A stretch of DNA of 64,000 bases, taken from NCBI GenBank assembly GCA_963793115.1, contig CAWBYV010000020.1, positions 70,124-134,123 of the forward strand. The letters run 5' to 3'. Shown piece by piece: positions 38,257-48,485 of this stretch. Both the position numbers and the translations under genes were made by a program. This stretch comes from an uncultured delta proteobacterium. GTDB lineage: Bacteria; Desulfobacterota; Binatia; Binatales; Binataceae. The number at the start of each line of letters is the position of its first letter. The first letter of the stretch is position 1. The notes beneath the pieces are model-generated. The model did no database searches and was not told the DNA's origin. It saw nothing but the letters and a program-made list of their open reading frames with translations.

Positions 38257-38490
38257 CTATCGCTTCGCCAGATCGCGCATGGCGTTGCGATATCGGCGCA
38301 TATGGCGCCGCCCGCTCTCAATCGCGGCCGCGAAGTGCGGATCGTAGGGAGTGAGCCGCAACCCCTCCGCCGTTCGTACTGCGAACAGCCGGTCGCCCTC
38401 GCCGATGCCCAGCTCAGCTATCATCTTGCGCGGGAGTATGAGTCCCAGTGAGTTGCCGATTCGGCGAAGTTTCAGAGCTTCGGATCCCAT
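38257..38490 (-). CDS. AbrB/MazE/SpoVT-family antitoxin (Doc partner)
   Basis: 77-aa ORF with LRRIGNSLGLILPRKMIAELGIGEGDRL, the swapped-hairpin SpoVT/AbrB signature. Its stop is adjacent to the doc start. Confidence 0.8.
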   Translation of the reverse strand: MGSEALKLRRIGNSLGLILPRKMIAELGIGEGDRLFAVRTAEGLRLTPYDPHFAAAIESGRRHMRRYRNAMRDLAKR

Positions 38491-38551
38491 GGCATAGCCT
38501 CGCAGTAATAACGACTGTTATAACAGAACTCCGTCGTCGGCGAAAGACGGC

Positions 38552-40354
38552 TCATCGTGGGCGCAGGCGGTAGAGAATCAGCGGACCGGCGCGGGACGTT
38601 TCGTCGAGCGTGAACCGATCGTTCAGCCGGTCGAGCTCCTCCTTGAGGACTTGCGCGTAGTCAGGATCGTCGGCGCTCCAAAGCAACAAATAGACCGGTC
38701 GGCCTGAGCGCGCCTGCGAGGCGAGCGTGCCGGCTGTCGTGGCGAGTATCCCGGCGGCGTCGAAGAGCACCGGCGGAATCGGCCCGGTCCACCCTTGCGA
38801 CTTTTTCACGAACAGCCGGCTCAGGTGATAGTCGGTAAATTCGCCGCCCGGATCGAACGAATGCAGCCCGGCAAAGCTGCGGCCGCGGCCCGGGACGTAC
38901 AGCTCCAGGAATTGAAGAGAGATGTTGCTGACGATCTCCGCGCCGGGTTCGATGTTCCGATCGAGCGCCCGCAGCGCAGGGACGATTTCCGACCGGCGCG
39001 GCGGCACGGCCAGCCGATCGGTCACTTCGCCCGCGAGCGCGATCGCGAGCAGGAGATCCAGAATCGCAACGGCTACGACGATCGAGTGCTCGCCGATCGA
39101 TCGGCGCCGTTTCGACCACAGCGCGGCGAGCCTGCGGTTCGCGATCGCGGCGCCGTAGCCTGCGGCCGCGAAAATGATGAAGCATCCCGGCAGTATGAAT
39201 GCGATCTCGGTGAAGACGTAAAAAGTGTAAACCGCCAGCAGCGCGCCCAGAAAGAAGACGCCGAAGAAAACGATCCGCCTCACGGCGCGATTCTCGCTCG
39301 ATCGAATCGCAGAGACCATGCCCAGAACCGCAAACGCCGCCGCGCTGAATGGATAAAGATAGAACTGCGCCATGCCGGAGCCGGTCATTAGTCCGTCCAG
39401 CCCGCACAGCGACAACAGATAAGCCGGAAGATTTCCCGACGGATTACGCGGCATCGTGGGGCCGAAGACATACGCCGCGTTGAAGGTGCGCGAGAAGCTC
39501 GCGTAGACTTCGGGCACCCACCACGCGTAGCCGCTCGCGAGCATGCTTCCGAGGAGAGCGAGGTTCTCGCGCGCCTGCCAGGCGGGCATCGGGGCGAACC
39601 CGATCGCGAACGCGCACAGCAAGGCAAGCGCTCGCCGCGGGCTTAGGGCGATCGGGGGCGCGGCCAGGAGTGCGGCGGCAACTCCGGCCAGGATCGCCAG
39701 GTTCGTCGGCCTGATCATCACGGTGAAGCCAGCCAGAAATCCGAAGATCGTCCAGTAGACGAGAGCCGTCGCATCGCGCACTGCCGGCGAGGCTTCCTCG
39801 GCGCGGGTCGCGCGCAGCAGCGCGAGCGCGGCGAGAATCGTAATCGCGAGGGTCGGCACATCGCTCAAAACCAGCGTCGAGTAGGTGATGAAAATCGGCG
39901 AGCAAGCCATCAAGACGCTCGCGACGATCGCGGCAGCGCGGCCGAACAGGCCGATCGTCAGCACGTACAGCCCGATTATCGCCAGCATCCCGAGCGCGAC
40001 GGTGGCGTATCCGAGATTCGCTACGTCATGGCCGAGGATCGGATAGGCCGCGGCCAGGATCAGGGGGTATCCTTCGGTGTAGCGCGACGGGTAAGAATAC
40101 CCTCCGAAATGAAGCGTGCTGCCTTTGGCCGAGTCAAGATTCAGCGCGGTGGCGGCATACTCGAGGCCGTCGGGCCACGGCATCAGTTCCACCGCGCGCT
40201 TGAACCCGCTTTGCGCCATCAGGATCAGCGCCAACCCGAGCACCATCGCGAGTATCACCGCGTCGCGCGGCGCGAGGCGATATGGCGCTCGATCCGGCGC
40301 GATTGAAACGGCAGCGGCGGCGGCGGATTTCCTGGATGGCGCGGGCATCTTCAA
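38552..40354 (-). CDS. GT-C fold membrane glycosyltransferase (ArnT / PMT, family 39/83-like)
   Basis: Intact 600-aa ORF with about 11 TM helices in the N-terminal two-thirds, a soluble C-terminal domain, and an early periphery loop with DGLEYA and YPSRYTEGYP typical of ArnT/PMT_2-type enzymes. Confidence 0.7.
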   Translation of the reverse strand: MKMPAPSRKSAAAAAVSIAPDRAPYRLAPRDAVILAMVLGLALILMAQSGFKRAVELMPWPDGLEYAATALNLDSAKGSTLHFGGYSYPSRYTEGYPLILAAAYPILGHDVANLGYATVALGMLAIIGLYVLTIGLFGRAAAIVASVLMACSPIFITYSTLVLSDVPTLAITILAALALLRATRAEEASPAVRDATALVYWTIFGFLAGFTVMIRPTNLAILAGVAAALLAAPPIALSPRRALALLCAFAIGFAPMPAWQARENLALLGSMLASGYAWWVPEVYASFSRTFNAAYVFGPTMPRNPSGNLPAYLLSLCGLDGLMTGSGMAQFYLYPFSAAAFAVLGMVSAIRSSENRAVRRIVFFGVFFLGALLAVYTFYVFTEIAFILPGCFIIFAAAGYGAAIANRRLAALWSKRRRSIGEHSIVVAVAILDLLLAIALAGEVTDRLAVPPRRSEIVPALRALDRNIEPGAEIVSNISLQFLELYVPGRGRSFAGLHSFDPGGEFTDYHLSRLFVKKSQGWTGPIPPVLFDAAGILATTAGTLASQARSGRPVYLLLWSADDPDYAQVLKEELDRLNDRFTLDETSRAGPLILYRLRPR

Positions 40355-40404
40355 AGCGTTCCGGTAACGATCGTAAAACGGCCCAGGCGGCGCTGGCCGG
40401 CTGG

Positions 40405-41868
40405 ATGCTTCTGTTGCTCGCTGTGCCGCGTATCGTCCGCCTGCTCTATCCCCAGGTGTGGATCGAGGACGACTTCTACCTGGAGGACGCTTACCTGGTG
40501 AGTATCGGGATGCGTCCGTATCTGGATTTCGTCCATCCGCACATGCCCCTGCTCGAATGGTTCACCGCCGGCTACTTCAGGCTGTTCGGCGCCAGCCTTT
40601 TTTCCATCGAGGTGCTCAACGAGGCCGCCATCTACGCGACCAGCGTGATGACCTGTGCGCTGGCGTACAAGGCCGCCGGGCGGCGGACGGCGATCTGCGC
40701 GGCGATTCTATATGCTTTTGCCGCGCTCGTCTTTCGCTATCACGTTTACGAACGCGAGTGCTTTGTGGGAGTGGCCGTTGCCGCGGCGGCGCTGGTCGCG
40801 ATTCGCGAGGACCTGGGTTGGATGCGGCAGGGTGCGATCCAGGCGGCGCTGTTCGTAATCGCATGCGCGATCAAGCTGACGGCGATAATTCCAGCCGCGG
40901 CGATTCTGTGCTTCCTCGCCTTCGGGCGGCGGCGCTGGCGGGACGCGATTCTGGCCGGGGCGGGAATCGCCGCCGGGCTCGCGGCCTTCTCGGTGGTACT
41001 CTACCGATTGTACGGCTTCGAGTTCGTTTTCCAAACTTTCATCTTTCATTTCATGAAGGGACGGCTGCCGTGGCTCGAGGTTGCGGACTATCCGTCCGCG
41101 ATCCTCGACCTGTTGGCGCCTCTGTTCGTCATCGGATGCGTCCGGATCGCCGCGGAGCGCCGCGTCTCTCCGGCGCTTGGGCTGGTGTTGCTGCTGGTGG
41201 CTTTTAACTATGCGTTTTTTGGCTTGCTCAGCCCGACCTCGTGGGGACACAACTACCTGGACTTCCTGCCTTATATTGCGATTGTCGCGGCGATCGGCCT
41301 CGAGCGCATCTGGACGGCTTACCGGGCGAACGAGTGGCGCATCACGGCCGCGAGTCTCGGGCTGATTGCTGTATCGCTGCTGTGGCTCACGCCGCTGGTC
41401 AACGAGAACTGGATGCGCGGGGGCGTCTACGGATTCGGCTATTTCGATCGCGGCGAGGTCCGTGCCTTGAGCGAAGCCTTAAGGCGCATCAGCGCACCCG
41501 ATGACGAGGTGATCGCACCGTCGTTCATCTGCTTCGAGGCCAACCGCCGCGAGCTGATCCGCTATCCGGAAACCTACGGTGTCTATCGCGAGGTGGAAGA
41601 AGAGTTCAGGAAGTATGGATTCCTCGAGGCGCGCCGGCGTATGGGCCGCGTCAACTTCTTCGATCTGATTGTGAAGACGGCCGGTCATTGGACGGGAGGC
41701 GCCGACCAGGCGGTTGCCGACGGTGAGGTCAACGCCGTGCTTCCGACCCCGCAGACACCATTCGGGTCAGGCTTCTTGATGGAACACGGTTTCAGGCCCT
41801 ACCTTATTACCGATAACTTCGCGCTCTGGCGGCGCGTGCCCGGTGCCGGCCAATCCCAAGGGCATTGA
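40405..41868 (+). CDS. polytopic membrane protein, second GT-C-like glycosyltransferase (divergent from 38552..40354)
   Basis: The ORF is open from 40282. A plausible start is MLLLLAVPRIVRLLYPQVWIEDDFYLEDAY (ATG 40405), with an alternative at 40336. It has multiple TM helices followed by a soluble C-terminal domain, the same architecture as the neighbouring gene. Confidence 0.55.
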   Translation: MLLLLAVPRIVRLLYPQVWIEDDFYLEDAYLVSIGMRPYLDFVHPHMPLLEWFTAGYFRLFGASLFSIEVLNEAAIYATSVMTCALAYKAAGRRTAICAAILYAFAALVFRYHVYERECFVGVAVAAAALVAIREDLGWMRQGAIQAALFVIACAIKLTAIIPAAAILCFLAFGRRRWRDAILAGAGIAAGLAAFSVVLYRLYGFEFVFQTFIFHFMKGRLPWLEVADYPSAILDLLAPLFVIGCVRIAAERRVSPALGLVLLLVAFNYAFFGLLSPTSWGHNYLDFLPYIAIVAAIGLERIWTAYRANEWRITAASLGLIAVSLLWLTPLVNENWMRGGVYGFGYFDRGEVRALSEALRRISAPDDEVIAPSFICFEANRRELIRYPETYGVYREVEEEFRKYGFLEARRRMGRVNFFDLIVKTAGHWTGGADQAVADGEVNAVLPTPQTPFGSGFLMEHGFRPYLITDNFALWRRVPGAGQSQGH

Positions 41869-41893
41869 CCGGCGTCTGAGGCATTGAATTGAG

Positions 41894-42349
41894 ATGAGAA
41901 GCCCCGACCTGCTCAGGACCGCGGTACTCTGGATACACGCGCTCAGCGCGCTGGTCTGGATCGGTGCGTGCGCATCGCTGGTGCTGGCGGGTTCGGCGCT
42001 GGCCGCGGGCTCGGACGAAGCGCGCGACTTTATGCTGAAGGCGGCGCCCAGGATCGATCGCGTGAACCTGGCCGCGGCGGCAACGCTGCTCGTCAGCGGC
42101 GCGGTGAATCTCGCGATCGCCGGCGCGGCGCGCAACTACATTTTCTCACCGAGCTTCGTCGCGGTGTTGTGCGCGAAGGTCGGACTGTTTGCCGCGATGG
42201 CGCTCGCGCTCGTGGCGTCCTGGCGTGCGGAGGCCATGCTTGGTCACGATGCTCCGGGCGCGACCGCCCGGATAGTGAAGCTCTCCGGCCTGACCGTGGC
42301 GTTGGGAACGATCGCGCTGGCGCTCAGTTTGTGGTTACTAGGTGCCTGA
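41894..42349 (+). CDS. hypothetical four-helix membrane protein (CopD/DUF2269-like)
   Basis: 151-aa ORF with four hydrophobic helices. The N-terminal LWIHALSALVWIG resembles CopD-type proteins. The assignment is tentative. Confidence 0.45.
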   Translation: MRSPDLLRTAVLWIHALSALVWIGACASLVLAGSALAAGSDEARDFMLKAAPRIDRVNLAAAATLLVSGAVNLAIAGAARNYIFSPSFVAVLCAKVGLFAAMALALVASWRAEAMLGHDAPGATARIVKLSGLTVALGTIALALSLWLLGA

Positions 42350-42389
42350 GCAATCGCGCGCGTGTGGATGGCGTTTGAACGGGAGTCTG

Positions 42390-43256
42390 ATGGAAAAGCC
42401 TCCGACCATCGAGCTGGGCGATTTTCGGGTCGCGTTCCTGACCGACGGGCTATGGCGCAACGACGGCGGATGTATGCTCGGCGTCGTGCCGCGCGTGCTC
42501 TGGCAGCGCGAGCATCCGCCCGACCCGCGCAACCGAATCCGCCTTAATCTGACCTGCCCGCTGGTGATGAAAGGCCGTGATGCCGTGCTGATCGATACCG
42601 GAATCGGCAACCGCCTCAGCCCGGACGAGCGCGAGATTTTCGACCACGGCGACGGATGGCTGCTCGACGGCCTGCGCTTGCTCGGCATGGAGCCTGGCGA
42701 CGTGACGCATGTGATCCTGTCGCATCTGCACTTCGACCATTGCGGCGGTATCATCCGCCGGCGCGAATCCGGTGCGTTCGAGCCGTCGTTTCCGCGCGCG
42801 CGAATCTTTGTTCAACGCGGCGAACTGGAGATCGCGCGCGAAAGCCCTAACGAGCGGCTGCGCGCCGCCTATCGCCACGCCGCCGAATGCCTCGAGCCGG
42901 TGGCCGCGATGATCGAAGCGGCCGGCGGCGATACCGAGGTGATCCCGGGGCTCAGCGTGGTCGTGACCGGCGGTCATACGCGCGACCATCAGATCGCGAT
43001 CGTGCGGACCGGCGGTGACTGTTTCGTCCATCTTGCCGATATCGTCCCGACCCGCTCGCATCTGCGCGCCGCGTGGAACCAGGCCTACGATCTCGACGCG
43101 TTGCGCACGATGCAAGAGAAGGACCGCTACCTTCGGCAGGCCGTGCGCGATCGATGGTGGGTGGGGTTTGCGCATGACCCGGCGATGTTCGCGGCCAGGA
43201 TCGACCTGAGCGGCGGGAAGCTCGTGGCAGGCGAGAATATTGCGGTACACGAATGA
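42390..43256 (+). CDS. MBL-fold metallo-hydrolase
   Basis: HxHxDH motif in VILSHLHFDHCGG, with later TGGHTRDH and FAHD ligand motifs. ATG 42390 (MEKPPTIELGDF) lies inside ORF 42342..43256. Confidence 0.8.
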   Translation: MEKPPTIELGDFRVAFLTDGLWRNDGGCMLGVVPRVLWQREHPPDPRNRIRLNLTCPLVMKGRDAVLIDTGIGNRLSPDEREIFDHGDGWLLDGLRLLGMEPGDVTHVILSHLHFDHCGGIIRRRESGAFEPSFPRARIFVQRGELEIARESPNERLRAAYRHAAECLEPVAAMIEAAGGDTEVIPGLSVVVTGGHTRDHQIAIVRTGGDCFVHLADIVPTRSHLRAAWNQAYDLDALRTMQEKDRYLRQAVRDRWWVGFAHDPAMFAARIDLSGGKLVAGENIAVHE

Positions 43257-43477
43257 GTCCAACCAATAGTCCCCCTGTGGAGATCTCGGGCCGCAACCCG
43301 CACCGGCCGGCGCCAGCGTCAGAAGTTTACTTGATGCGGTGTTGCAGCGTCCGTTATACTTATTGCGCGGATGGGCCCCGAAAATAGCACAACCGGCCGA
43401 GATCCTGTTCTATCATCCTTAGGCAGCCAGTCTCCCGAGGCCAACCCCAACAGGCCAACCCTCAAGAGGAGTCACCG

Positions 43478-45419
43478 ATGTCCGACGGAAACGGCAACGC
43501 TTTCGAACAGGTAATCAAGACAGACCGGGCGGCGCGCGAGTCCAGGCAGTGGCGGGGTGCACTGTTGGAGTATCTCGAGCGGGTCAAGTCGGATCCGCTG
43601 GCCACCAAGCTTTCTCACGCCCGTATCTACGACCTGATCATCTCGTCGGGAATGCGCGACATTCACGACAGCGACGATGCGCGCACCAAGCGGCTGTACA
43701 AGGACGAAACGCTCAAGGTCTACAACTTCTTCGCCGATGAGTTCTTCGGAATCGAGCGGACGATCGCGCAGATCGTACGCTACTTCCATTCGGCGTCGCT
43801 CAAGGGCGAGGAGAGCCGGCAGGTGCTCTACCTGATGGGTCCGGTCGGCTCGGGCAAGAGCTCGCTGGTCGAGCGGTTGCAGCGCGGGCTCGAGCAGTCG
43901 CATGCGGTGTACGCGATCGATGGATGCCCGATGCACGAGGAGCCGCTCCATCTGATTCCGCGCCATCTGCGGCGCGAGTTCGAGAAGATGCTCGGGGTGC
44001 ATATCGAAGGCGATCTCTGTCCGGTCTGCCGCTATCGGCTGAAGGAGGAGTTCGGCCAGCGCTACGAGGAGTTCCCGGTCGTCAGCCGCAACTTCTCCAA
44101 GCGCAACCGGACCGGAATCGGCGTGGTGCCCCCGGTCGATCCGAACAACCAGGACACTTCGGTGCTGATCGGGTCCGAGGACATCTCGAAGCTCGATCAA
44201 TATTCCGAGGGCGACCCGCGCGTGCTGGAGCTCAACGGCGCGCTCAACGTCGGTAATCGCGGCCTGGTCGAGTTCATCGAGGTGTTTAAGAACGAGACCG
44301 AGTACCTGCACGCGATGATCACCGCCACGCAGGAAAAGGTGATTCCGGCGCCGGGGCGCCATGGGATGGTCTACGTCGAACGTTTGCATCGTGGCCCATT
44401 CCAACGAAGCCGAATGGCAGAAATTCAAGGCCGACCACACCAACGAGGCAATTCTCGATCGAATCGTGGTGGTGAAGGTTCCCTACAACCTGCGGCTTTC
44501 GGAAGAGGTCAAGATTTACCAGAAGATCATCCGCCACTCCGACTTCCGCGCGCACGTCGCGCCGCACACGCTGGAGCTGGCCTCGATGTTCGCGATCCTG
44601 TCGCGGCTCGAACCGACCTCGAAGTGCGACCTGATGACCAAGCTGCGCCTCTACAACGGCGAGGAAGTGGTCGAGAAGGGACGCACCAAGAAGATCGACG
44701 TGCAGGAGCTCAAGGAAGACGCCAAACGCGAGGGCATGTCGGGCATCTCGACCCGCTTCATCATGAAGGCGCTCGACAACGCGCTTTCCGACAACGCGTC
44801 GGGCAACTGCATCAATCCGATCAATGTCCGCGAGGCGCTGATCTCGATGACCAAGGAGGCCGACCTGCCCGACGACACGCGCAAGCAGTATCTGGAGTTC
44901 CTGCAGGACACGCTCCACAAGGAGTACCTGGAGCTGCTCGAGAAAGAGATCACGCGCGCTTTCGTCTACTCCTATAAGGAGCAGGCCGAGTCGCTGTTCC
45001 AGAATTATCTCGACCACGCCGAGGCTTACGTCAACAAGACCCGGGTGCGCGATCGCAATACCAAGGAGGAATTGCCGCCCGACGAGGGGTTCCTGAAGTC
45101 GATCGAAGAGCAGATCGCGATTATCGGCTCGGCGGCCGACGGTTTTCGCCAGGAGGTGATCGCCTATCTGTGGTCGGCGTCGCGCCGCGGCGAAAAGATC
45201 AGCTATCGCAGCTACGAGCCGCTCAAGGAGGCGATCGAGAAAAAGCTGATGACCTCGGTGCGCGACATCTCGCGGATCATCACCAAGGCGCGGACTCGTG
45301 ACGAAGAACAGGGCGAGAAGTACGGCGCGATGGTGAAGAACCTGCTCGAGAACGGCTACTGCGAATCGTGCGTGGACGTGGTGCTCAAATACGCCGCAAA
45401 CAATCTGTGGAAGGATTGA
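43478..45419 (+). CDS. prkA: PrkA/YeaG family serine protein kinase (AAA+ N-domain), one frameshift near 44380
   Basis: Strong SD (AAGAGGAG) 6 nt upstream of ATG 43478. P-loop LMGPVGSGKSSL and GLVEFIEVFKNETEYLHAMITATQEK lie in ORF 43478... The protein continues with VAHSNEAEWQKFKADHTNEAILDRI in ORF 44361..45419. Confidence 0.9.
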
Positions 45420-45430
45420 TGCAGGCGCCG

Positions 45431-45456
45431 CACCTCTCCCTGGTCAGGGAGAGGTG
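45431..45456. repeat. REP-like hairpin CACCTCTCCCTG-GT-CAGGGAGAGGTG
   Basis: Near-perfect 26-bp palindrome 12 nt after the prkA stop. It has the same CCTCTCCCTGGTCAGGGAGAGG core as 60623-60646. It may also act as an intra-operon attenuator or terminator. Confidence 0.65.
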
Positions 45457-45517
45457 TAGGAAAGAGAACTTGCCGGGCGTAAGGGGATTATAGTCAGTTG
45501 CGGATGGGGATCAGGTA

Positions 45518-46726
45518 ATGTCCACCAACGAGACCATCTTTCGCGAGTATCGCCCCTCCGACGCCGAGCGCTCCGATCGTTCCGCCGGCGACCGCCTGCG
45601 CCATCGGCAGAAAGTCCGCGAATCGATCCGCGAAAATATCGCCGACATCATCGCCGAGGAATCGATCATCGGCAAAGACCGCGACCGCGTAATCAAGGTC
45701 CCGCTGCGCGGGATCAAGGAGTACCGCTTTGTCTTCGGCGAGAACGCCCCCGGCGTCGGCCAGGGCGACGGCAACGCGCGCTCCGGCCAGGTGGTCGGCA
45801 AAGTCGGCAAGGACGGCCGCGGCCAGGGCGACGACCAGGCCGGCGATCGCCCCGGCGTCGATTATTACGAGACCGACGTCACGCTCGAAGAGCTGATCGA
45901 AATCATGTTCGAGGACCTGGAGCTGCCCAATCTCGAACGGCGCGCGCTGCGCGAGATCGAGGCCGAGCGCTCGAGCAAGCGCAAGGGCTATCGCCACGTC
46001 GGAATCCGCGTCCGGCTCGACAAGCGGCGCACCGCCAAGCAGCGCGTGATGCGCAAGCTTGCGAGCGTCAAGCAAGCCAGCGCCGAGCCACCCGATCCGG
46101 TGCAGGCGTGGGAGCCGCGCCGTTTCCCGTTCCATCAGGACGACTTGCGCTACCGTCACGTCGAAGTCGAGACCCGCGAGGAGTCCAACGCCGCGGTGAT
46201 CTGCATCATGGACACTTCGGGCTCGATGGACACGATGAAGAAGTACCTGGCGCGGAGCTTCTTCTTCCTGCTCTATCAGTTCATCTCGACGCGCTACCGC
46301 AACGTCGAGATCGTCTTCATCGCGCATCACACCGAAGCCAACGAGGTCACCGAAGAGGAGTTCTTCCACAAGGGCGAGTCGGGCGGGACCTTCATCTCGT
46401 CGGGATATTTGAAGGCGCTGGAGATTATCGCCGAGCGGTACCATCCATCGCTCTGGAACCTGTACGCTTTCCACTGCTCGGACGGCGACAACTTCGATTC
46501 CGACAATCCGGCCGCGCTCAAGGCCGCGCAGGAACTGGCCGAGCTGAGCAATCTGTTCGGGTATGGCGAGATCAAGCCGCTGGGATCGCGCTACTACGAA
46601 TCCTCGATGCTGAACGTGTTCCGCAAGCTCGAAGCGCCCAATTTTCATACCGTGCTGATCGAGCGCAAGGAGGACATCTGGCCGTCGTTCAAGGCATTCC
46701 TGGCCAAGGATCGCATCAAGGAATGA
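45518..46726 (+). CDS. yeaH: YeaH/YhbH family protein (DUF444, vWA-like)
   Basis: Intact 402-aa ORF with RHRQKVRESIRENIADII, IKVPLRGIKEYRF and the MIDAS-like ICIMDTSGSM. It holds the canonical position between prkA and spoVR. Confidence 0.88.
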   Translation: MSTNETIFREYRPSDAERSDRSAGDRLRHRQKVRESIRENIADIIAEESIIGKDRDRVIKVPLRGIKEYRFVFGENAPGVGQGDGNARSGQVVGKVGKDGRGQGDDQAGDRPGVDYYETDVTLEELIEIMFEDLELPNLERRALREIEAERSSKRKGYRHVGIRVRLDKRRTAKQRVMRKLASVKQASAEPPDPVQAWEPRRFPFHQDDLRYRHVEVETREESNAAVICIMDTSGSMDTMKKYLARSFFFLLYQFISTRYRNVEIVFIAHHTEANEVTEEEFFHKGESGGTFISSGYLKALEIIAERYHPSLWNLYAFHCSDGDNFDSDNPAALKAAQELAELSNLFGYGEIKPLGSRYYESSMLNVFRKLEAPNFHTVLIERKEDIWPSFKAFLAKDRIKE

Positions 46727-46750
46727 GCCCGGATCGAGGAATGAGCCCGG

Positions 46751-48182
46751 ATGGCTAACTACGAGCTCGAGCGAACTCGTCGAATGGGACGAGAAGATCC
46801 GCGAGAAGGTCGCGGAGTTCGGACTCGACTGCTATCCGCAGGAGTTCGAGATCTGCGACCACACCGGGATGCTCGGGTACATGGCGTACTAGCGGGATGC
46901 CGTCGCATTATCCGCACTGGTCCTACGGCAAGGCCTACGAGAAGCTCAAGACGCTCTACGATCACGGCGTCAGCGGCTTCCGTACGAGATGGTGATCAAC
47001 TCCAACCCGGCGATCGCCTATCTGATGCGCGACAACACGCTGCTGCTCCAGATTCTCACCATCGCGCACGTATACGGGCATAACGACTTCTTCAAGAACA
47101 ATTTCACCTTCAGATCGACCCGCGCCGACCTGACGATCGAGACCTTCAAGGCCCACGCGCTCAGGATCCGCCGCTATATCGAGGATCCGTCGATCGGAAT
47201 CGACAAGGTCGAGCGCGTAATCGACGCCGCGCACGCGCTCTCCTGGAACTGCCGGCGCAACCTCGCGATCAGAAAGCTTGATCGCGAAGCGCAGATCCAG
47301 CGCGCGATCGAGGCTTCGCAGCCCCAGCCCGATCCCTTCCGGCGAATCCATCGGCGCCAGGAATTCAAGGAGCCCAACGTCTTCAAGGTGCCGCTCGAGC
47401 CCGACGAAGACGTCCTGCTCTTCATCCGCGATCACAATCCGTTCCTGGCCGAGTGGGAAAAGGACCTGCTCACGATCGCGGACGAGGAAGCGAAGTATTT
47501 CCTGCCCATGATGGAAACCAAGATCATGAACGAGGGCTGGGCGAGTTACTGGCACAAGCGGATCGTCGAGTCGCTCGACCTCGAGCAGGGCCTCCACCTG
47601 GAGTTCATCGTGCGCCACAACCAGGTGGTGCGGCCGATTACGGGCCAGATCAATCCGTATCATCTCGGACTCAGGATCTGGGAGGACCTCTATCGCCGCC
47701 ACACCAATCCCACGCCCGAAGAGCTGAAACGCGACGGGCCGCCGGCCAAGTCGGGCGACCAGAAAATCTTCGAGGCGCGCGAAGTCGAACGCGACGCCTC
47801 CTTCATCCGCCGCTACCTGACCGAAGAGCTGATGCGCGAGATGGACATCTTTCAGTACGAGGCGCGCGGCGAGGACCTGGTGATCGGCAAGGTCTCCGAC
47901 GACGAAGGATGGCGCGACGTGAAGGAGACCCTGATCAACGATGTCGGCACCAATTCGATCCCGGTAGTCAAGATCGAGGACGCGGACTTCGGCCAGAACC
48001 GCACGCTCTACCTGAAGCACAGTCACGACGGGCGCGACCTGCACCTGGAGTATGCCGAGAAGACGCTGGCCTATATCCACCGGCTGTGGGGCCGCGAGGT
48101 GGTGATCGAGAGCACGCTCCAGAGCAAGCGCACGCTGCTATGCTACAACGAGCGCGGGTTCTCGATGCGCGCCCTCAAATAA
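46751..48182 (+). CDS. spoVR: SpoVR/YcgB family protein (at least three frameshifts in the first 250 bp)
   Basis: The N-terminal pieces ELVEWDEKIREKVAEFGLDCYPQEFEICDH, SGMPSHYPHWSYGKAYEKLKTLYDHGVSG and LPYEMVINSNPAIAYLMRDN lie in three different frames, with breaks near 46770, 46892 and 46977. The rest is intact in ORF 46989..48182. Confidence 0.85.
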
Positions 48183-48206
48183 GCGGCCGGCCAGGTATCG
48201 ACGGAC

Positions 48207-48485
48207 ATGGCGATCGCCGCAAGAAAACTCTCCCCGAAGAGGATCTTCAGTTACACGGTTCTTTTCGAGCCCGCTGAAGAGGGCGGCTATATCGTGACCT
48301 GCCCGGCCTTGCCGGGCCTGGTTACCGAGGGCGATACGCTGCGGCAGGCGCGCGCGATGGCCAGGGACGCAATCGGGCTTTATCTGGAGAGCCTGCGCGC
48401 CGACGGCATTCGAATCCCTGCGGACAAGCCTTTGAAGCTGAAGCCGGTCAAGGAAAAGGTGCGAGTTACACTTCGGGCCGCATGA
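48207..48485 (+). CDS. hicB: HicB-family antitoxin (UPF0150)
   Basis: 92-aa ORF with YTVLFEPAEEGGYIVTCPALPGLVTEGDTLRQARAMARDAI, the HicB N-terminal fold signature. It overlaps hicA by 4 bp. Confidence 0.8.
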   Translation: MAIAARKLSPKRIFSYTVLFEPAEEGGYIVTCPALPGLVTEGDTLRQARAMARDAIGLYLESLRADGIRIPADKPLKLKPVKEKVRVTLRAA

